This document shows, one piece after another, positions 16,645-20,628 of a stretch of DNA of 20,628 nt (position 1 is its first letter; the number at the start of each line of letters is the position of its first letter). Source of the DNA: an uncultured archaeon (GTDB lineage: Archaea; Asgardarchaeota; Lokiarchaeia; Sigyniarchaeales; SOKP01); assembly GCA_964388035.1 (NCBI GenBank), contig CAYLZE010000095.1:1-20628 (forward strand). The letters run 5' to 3'. The translations under genes and the position numbers were made by a program. The notes beneath the pieces are model-generated. The model did not search any database. It was not told the DNA's origin and saw only the letters and a program-made list of their open reading frames with translations.

Positions 16645-17146
16645 TCTTTTTTTATCACTTTCAGAAAATGTTAATATCTCTGTATAAGTAGGAATTAGGT
16701 TTTTTTATTTGTCTATAATTTTAATAAATTGATTCTTTTCAAGAATTGGAATCTCTCGTGAAAATCTCGAGGGAGTCTTCCTCTCTTACCAGAGCGAAAG
16801 GTTATAATTGTAAAGTGTTTTTATGTGGGATCATAAATTGAAATTGACTGCTTGTTTTTTAAAAAAAATAAAATGACCAAGATTTATGATCTCTTTCCGA
16901 CTTTTTATATGTTTTCACGAGTTTTATTATCACTTTTACAATTATTTATAAATCAGTTCTCTTATTATTATAATCAAAATTCAAATTCTATCGTGCAAAA
17001 AAAAATTTCATTTTAAATAATTATAAGATTGATTGTCTCCTTCATGAAGAATTGAAATATAGGCCTTCAGATGAGAAACAATATGGTATTTGATTTGAGT
17101 CTTAAATGGCAAAATCTTTAATTAATTTATTCTCCTTTTATAGGAG

Positions 17147-17440
17147 ATGCTCTCACGTGATAAGATGGAAATTATTAATTACTTAGGCAACAAACTCGCA
17201 GAAAAAATAAGGATTAGTCCTCCTGCAGCTAGAGGGTTATTAAAGCTAGCAATTAAAGACGAATTAGGTCCTTTTGTGCCTATAGAACAAATAAGGTTTA
17301 ATGATTTAAAAAAAGTAATTTTGAATTCCCTCAGAGCAAGGTTAATTAAATTAGAAATTATTGATCCTAATCCCATAATCGAATTTTTAAATGATGAATT
17401 AACACGAAATCAATCCCTAATAACAATGGAGATAGTTTAA
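17147..17440 (+). CDS. Small helical hypothetical protein (91-97 aa)
   Basis: Clean ORF co-oriented with the downstream 7TM gene; ISPPAARGLLKLAIKDELGP core; true start may be ATG 17165, about 23 nt downstream of TTTTATA. Confidence 0.75.
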   Translation: MLSRDKMEIINYLGNKLAEKIRISPPAARGLLKLAIKDELGPFVPIEQIRFNDLKKVILNSLRARLIKLEIIDPNPIIEFLNDELTRNQSLITMEIV

Positions 17441-17552
17441 TTGAAGAATAGAGAAAGAGATTTTATTGATTTCTATACCCAAAAAATAATAATCTTTTCA
17501 AATAAAAAACAATACTTATATCTAATATCAAAAAACAAGAAGTGAAACCTAA

Positions 17553-18347
17553 ATGATTCAAACTTTAATGTTTTCCATTTTTATTATTATGTTTTTTCTC
17601 TTCATAATTACATTATCAATTGTCGCTGCTTTTTTACTTCTGAGAGCAATAAAAATTAAAATGTGGAATTTAATTTATGGAGGTACTGCTTTTTTATTAA
17701 TTCCGATCGGGTTTATCGGCAACTTTTTATTCCAATTGGGTACTGTATTTGAAGAAATATTTGTTTCTTCAGGATTCGTGCTCATTACAGTATTTACTAA
17801 TTTAACATTTCATCGAGAGAGAGAAAATATAGCCTGTATTGTATTGACGATAAATATATTGCTAGCCATTAGCATGATTTTTCTGAAAGTGATTACTTAT
17901 TTAATTCTTAAACAAATTACTCCATTTTTGTATTATCTTCGTATTGCGATTGATATTATCTTTTCGTTTCTTACATTAGGATGGATTAGTTTTTCTTCCT
18001 TAAATGCATATAATTTCCTAAAACACGAAAATATTGAACCTTGGATTAAGATGAGATATAAAGTTATTGGCATTGTTTCATTAGTATTAAGTTTTCATGC
18101 AGTGCCTCAAATCATGATTCCATGGAATGTTTCTATCAATGATTTCAATTCCATTTATGTTTTACTAAGCTACATGATAATAATTGTGGAAGCAGTTATA
18201 TTTTCTTTTGGCTATTGTATTGCTTGGATAATGCCAGAAAGACTTAAGGCATATTTTAATAGATCGTTTACTCCTTCTGAAGAGACATCATTTACTAAAG
18301 AAGAAGAATTAATACAACACATAAAAAATCAATTAAAAAATAATTAA
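17553..18347 (+). CDS. Seven-transmembrane hypothetical membrane protein
   Basis: Seven hydrophobic segments counted by eye, followed by amphipathic WIMPERLKAYFNR and an acidic helical tail EEELIQHIKNQL. Confidence 0.8.
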   Translation: MIQTLMFSIFIIMFFLFIITLSIVAAFLLLRAIKIKMWNLIYGGTAFLLIPIGFIGNFLFQLGTVFEEIFVSSGFVLITVFTNLTFHRERENIACIVLTINILLAISMIFLKVITYLILKQITPFLYYLRIAIDIIFSFLTLGWISFSSLNAYNFLKHENIEPWIKMRYKVIGIVSLVLSFHAVPQIMIPWNVSINDFNSIYVLLSYMIIIVEAVIFSFGYCIAWIMPERLKAYFNRSFTPSEETSFTKEEELIQHIKNQLKNN

Positions 18348-18592
18348 ATTAATTCCCTTGATTTTGATTAGATAAAAAAATCTATTTAGCTACTTCACTA
18401 GGGACTTATAATATTTCTCTCGAATAACGTCTAAATCCTTATAAATCAAGAGCAAATTCATTCTCAATTTCTAAAAAATTTTTTCAAAATCCCCCATTTA
18501 ATGTTTAAGCATAAATTTATTATCTAAACATTATTCTTAGATTTTAAGTTCATGGATTACATATTTCATTTAATAATGAGCTTTCTAATTGA

Positions 18593-20140
18593 ATGAATAA
18601 TTTAAAAGATAAAAGTAATAAAATTTACTTTGAAAATTTATATAATTCATTTTTGATGCATTTCCCTTACAAATTTATGATTCTTACAATTGAAGGGACC
18701 TTAATTTATATATCGCAGAAAGCGCAAGAATTTTTTGAGCTAACTCTTCAAAAGCAGTTTTATGGAAAAAATATTCTTCAATCAAATGTAATAAAAAATC
18801 CTGAGATTTTTGCAAAAATTATCGAACGAGTTTTAGCTGGTGAAAACATAAATCAAGAAGAGAATTGCTTGATTAAAAATAATGGGACGGAAGTAGTTTG
18901 TGAACTCATAGCTCAACTCATAAAAGCAACTAATGAAGCACCCAAATCCATTTTAATCTATTTAAGAGACTTGACGCCGCAAAAAAATATGGAAAATCAA
19001 TTAAAAAAGACTAATGAAGAATTACTTAAATCTAAACAGATGTTTCAGCTTGCAATGGATAATATTCCCCAATTTATCTATTGGAAGGATGTTAATTCGG
19101 TATATTTGGGTTGCAATAAAAATTTTGCACGCGTGGCGGGAATTAATAATCCTGAAAATATTATCGGCAAAAAGGATCGTGATTTAGCATGGTCTCCCCT
19201 GGAGGCCGAAACATTTTCTGAAATTGATCAGCTAGTAATCGAATCAAATAAACCAGAATATCATGTTATCGATTCACAATCTCAAGCCGATGGAAAGAAA
19301 GCATGGTTAGATATAAATAGAATACCTTTACACGATTCCCAAGGGAATGTTATAGGTGTCTTAGGAACTTTTCAAGATATTACAGATAGTATAATCGCTA
19401 AGAAAGATTTAGAGAAATCTAAAGAGAAATATCGTAAAGCATATAATAATGCTGAATTTTATAAAGATATTTTTGCTCATGATATCAGCAACATCCTACA
19501 ATGTATTCGCACTTCATTAGATTTATGTCGTTATCATATGAATGATTTGAGACAATACTCTGAAATTGATAGTTTATATCATATCATACTTGATCAAATT
19601 AATCGTGGTACTACTCTTATTTCAAACGTGAAGAAGTTCTCTTCTATAGAAAATCTCATGAATGTTGTGGAAAAGGTAGATATTATGAAAATTATAAAGA
19701 GTTCCGTTGAAAATTTGCTCGACGGTTATCCTCAACACAAAATTGCTATTAGCTTAAAACCCTTGGATAAATTAATAACTGTAAAAGCAAATTATCTTTT
19801 AAAGGATGCTTTTGATAATATATTATCTAATGCAGTAAAACATAACATCCAATCTAAAATAGAAATAGAAATCAAATTTAGTATGATTCAAGAAGAAAAG
19901 ACTGAATATTATAAAATAGAAATATTAGATAATGGAATTGGAATAAGTGATCTACAAAAAAGTGAATTATTTTTAGAAGAAAGTAAAGAGAATATGAGTT
20001 TTAATAGAATAGGCATTGGATTAATTCTTGTTAAGCAAATAATTGAAAGTTATGAAGGAAAAATATGGGTAGAAAATCGCATAGAAGGGGATTATACTCA
20101 AGGAAGTAATTTCATCATTCTTTTACCCGTTTTTAAATAG
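18593..20140 (+). CDS. Soluble PAS-PAS sensor histidine kinase
   Basis: Two PAS/PAC regions (second: MDNIPQFIYWKDVNSVYLGCN...IPLHDSQGNVIGVLGTFQDIT), H-box FAHDISNILQ, N-box NILSNAVKHN, G1 DNGIGI, G2 GIGLILVKQII, terminal GKIWVENR...GSNFIILLP; no TM segments. Confidence 0.95.
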   Translation: MNNLKDKSNKIYFENLYNSFLMHFPYKFMILTIEGTLIYISQKAQEFFELTLQKQFYGKNILQSNVIKNPEIFAKIIERVLAGENINQEENCLIKNNGTEVVCELIAQLIKATNEAPKSILIYLRDLTPQKNMENQLKKTNEELLKSKQMFQLAMDNIPQFIYWKDVNSVYLGCNKNFARVAGINNPENIIGKKDRDLAWSPLEAETFSEIDQLVIESNKPEYHVIDSQSQADGKKAWLDINRIPLHDSQGNVIGVLGTFQDITDSIIAKKDLEKSKEKYRKAYNNAEFYKDIFAHDISNILQCIRTSLDLCRYHMNDLRQYSEIDSLYHIILDQINRGTTLISNVKKFSSIENLMNVVEKVDIMKIIKSSVENLLDGYPQHKIAISLKPLDKLITVKANYLLKDAFDNILSNAVKHNIQSKIEIEIKFSMIQEEKTEYYKIEILDNGIGISDLQKSELFLEESKENMSFNRIGIGLILVKQIIESYEGKIWVENRIEGDYTQGSNFIILLPVFK

Positions 20141-20628
20141 TGTTTTCCTTTTCAATTTCATAGAAAATTAAACATTTTTTTCAAATTCAAAAAAACGTGA
20201 ATGTTTATTCGTTCTTAGTATATAATGAAGGATTTTGTTGAAGATATTTAAAAAAAGTTGATTTATCCCGAATTAGGATAATATTACTCTCTCCCTATCC
20301 GTAAAAATGTATAAAAAATACAACTCTTCTCATTCCTTTCGATAATGTATTGGTAAAAGATATCAATTTCAGCATGGAATTATTCAAAATTGATAATGAC
20401 TTTTTCCTTAAAACGTCCTAATGATAGATATATTTCCATTACAAGAAAATGGATTTACATTTGCTAATCTTTTAGATAAATAAATAATCTTTTTTTATCA
20501 ATTGTTAATTAATTTCATTAGATTAATCGATCTCAAAGAATTATAACCACAATTGAAAAAAACGTTAAGTTAATCTAAAAAACAATATTATGATGCGATT
20601 ATTAGCGCACTTTCATTTACTAAGTTAT

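Noticed and set aside
16733-16807. GC-richer patch with small hairpins, also readable as RIGISRENLEGVFLSYQSERL* (ABC-ATPase-tail-like)
   Set aside because: Too short to distinguish an RNA structure, a gene relic or chance
20141-20628. Possible decayed gene in the terminal AT-rich region
   Set aside because: The frames examined are interrupted by stops and show no recognisable motif

Overview
AT-rich archaeal-type chromosomal window, most likely from an Asgard (Lokiarchaeia-like) genome. This assignment is an inference from the protein families, the kinase C-terminus style, oligo-T terminators and TATA-like promoters. From left to right it holds: (1) a divergent Fe-S maturation-type trio (ferredoxin-inserted MinD-like ATPase, NifX/NifB-family protein, Mrp/ApbC); (2) a damaged toxin-antitoxin block in which a frameshifted, truncated vapC appears fused by deletion to a 5'-clipped HEPN gene, with vapB and MNT intact; (3) a tightly coupled two-gene membrane operon, encoding a CBS-pair + ~4TM protein and an RGG/aromatic low-complexity-TM-nested beta-sandwich-TM-double zinc ribbon protein whose layout recalls eukaryotic APD1-4 membrane E3 ligases; (4) a candidate MITE; (5) a +1-frameshifted sphingosine-1-phosphate-lyase-like gene next to a GPH/MFS_2 transporter; (6) an M20 peptidase, a class I glutamine amidotransferase with an acidic N-terminal tail and a GCS2-type carboxylate-amine ligase; (7) unannotated gene relics; (8) a GH2 beta-glucuronidase; (9) a small protein / 7TM protein / double-PAS histidine kinase trio. 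No rRNA, tRNA, CRISPR array or intact transposase was seen. All family assignments come from motif recognition by eye; no database search was run.
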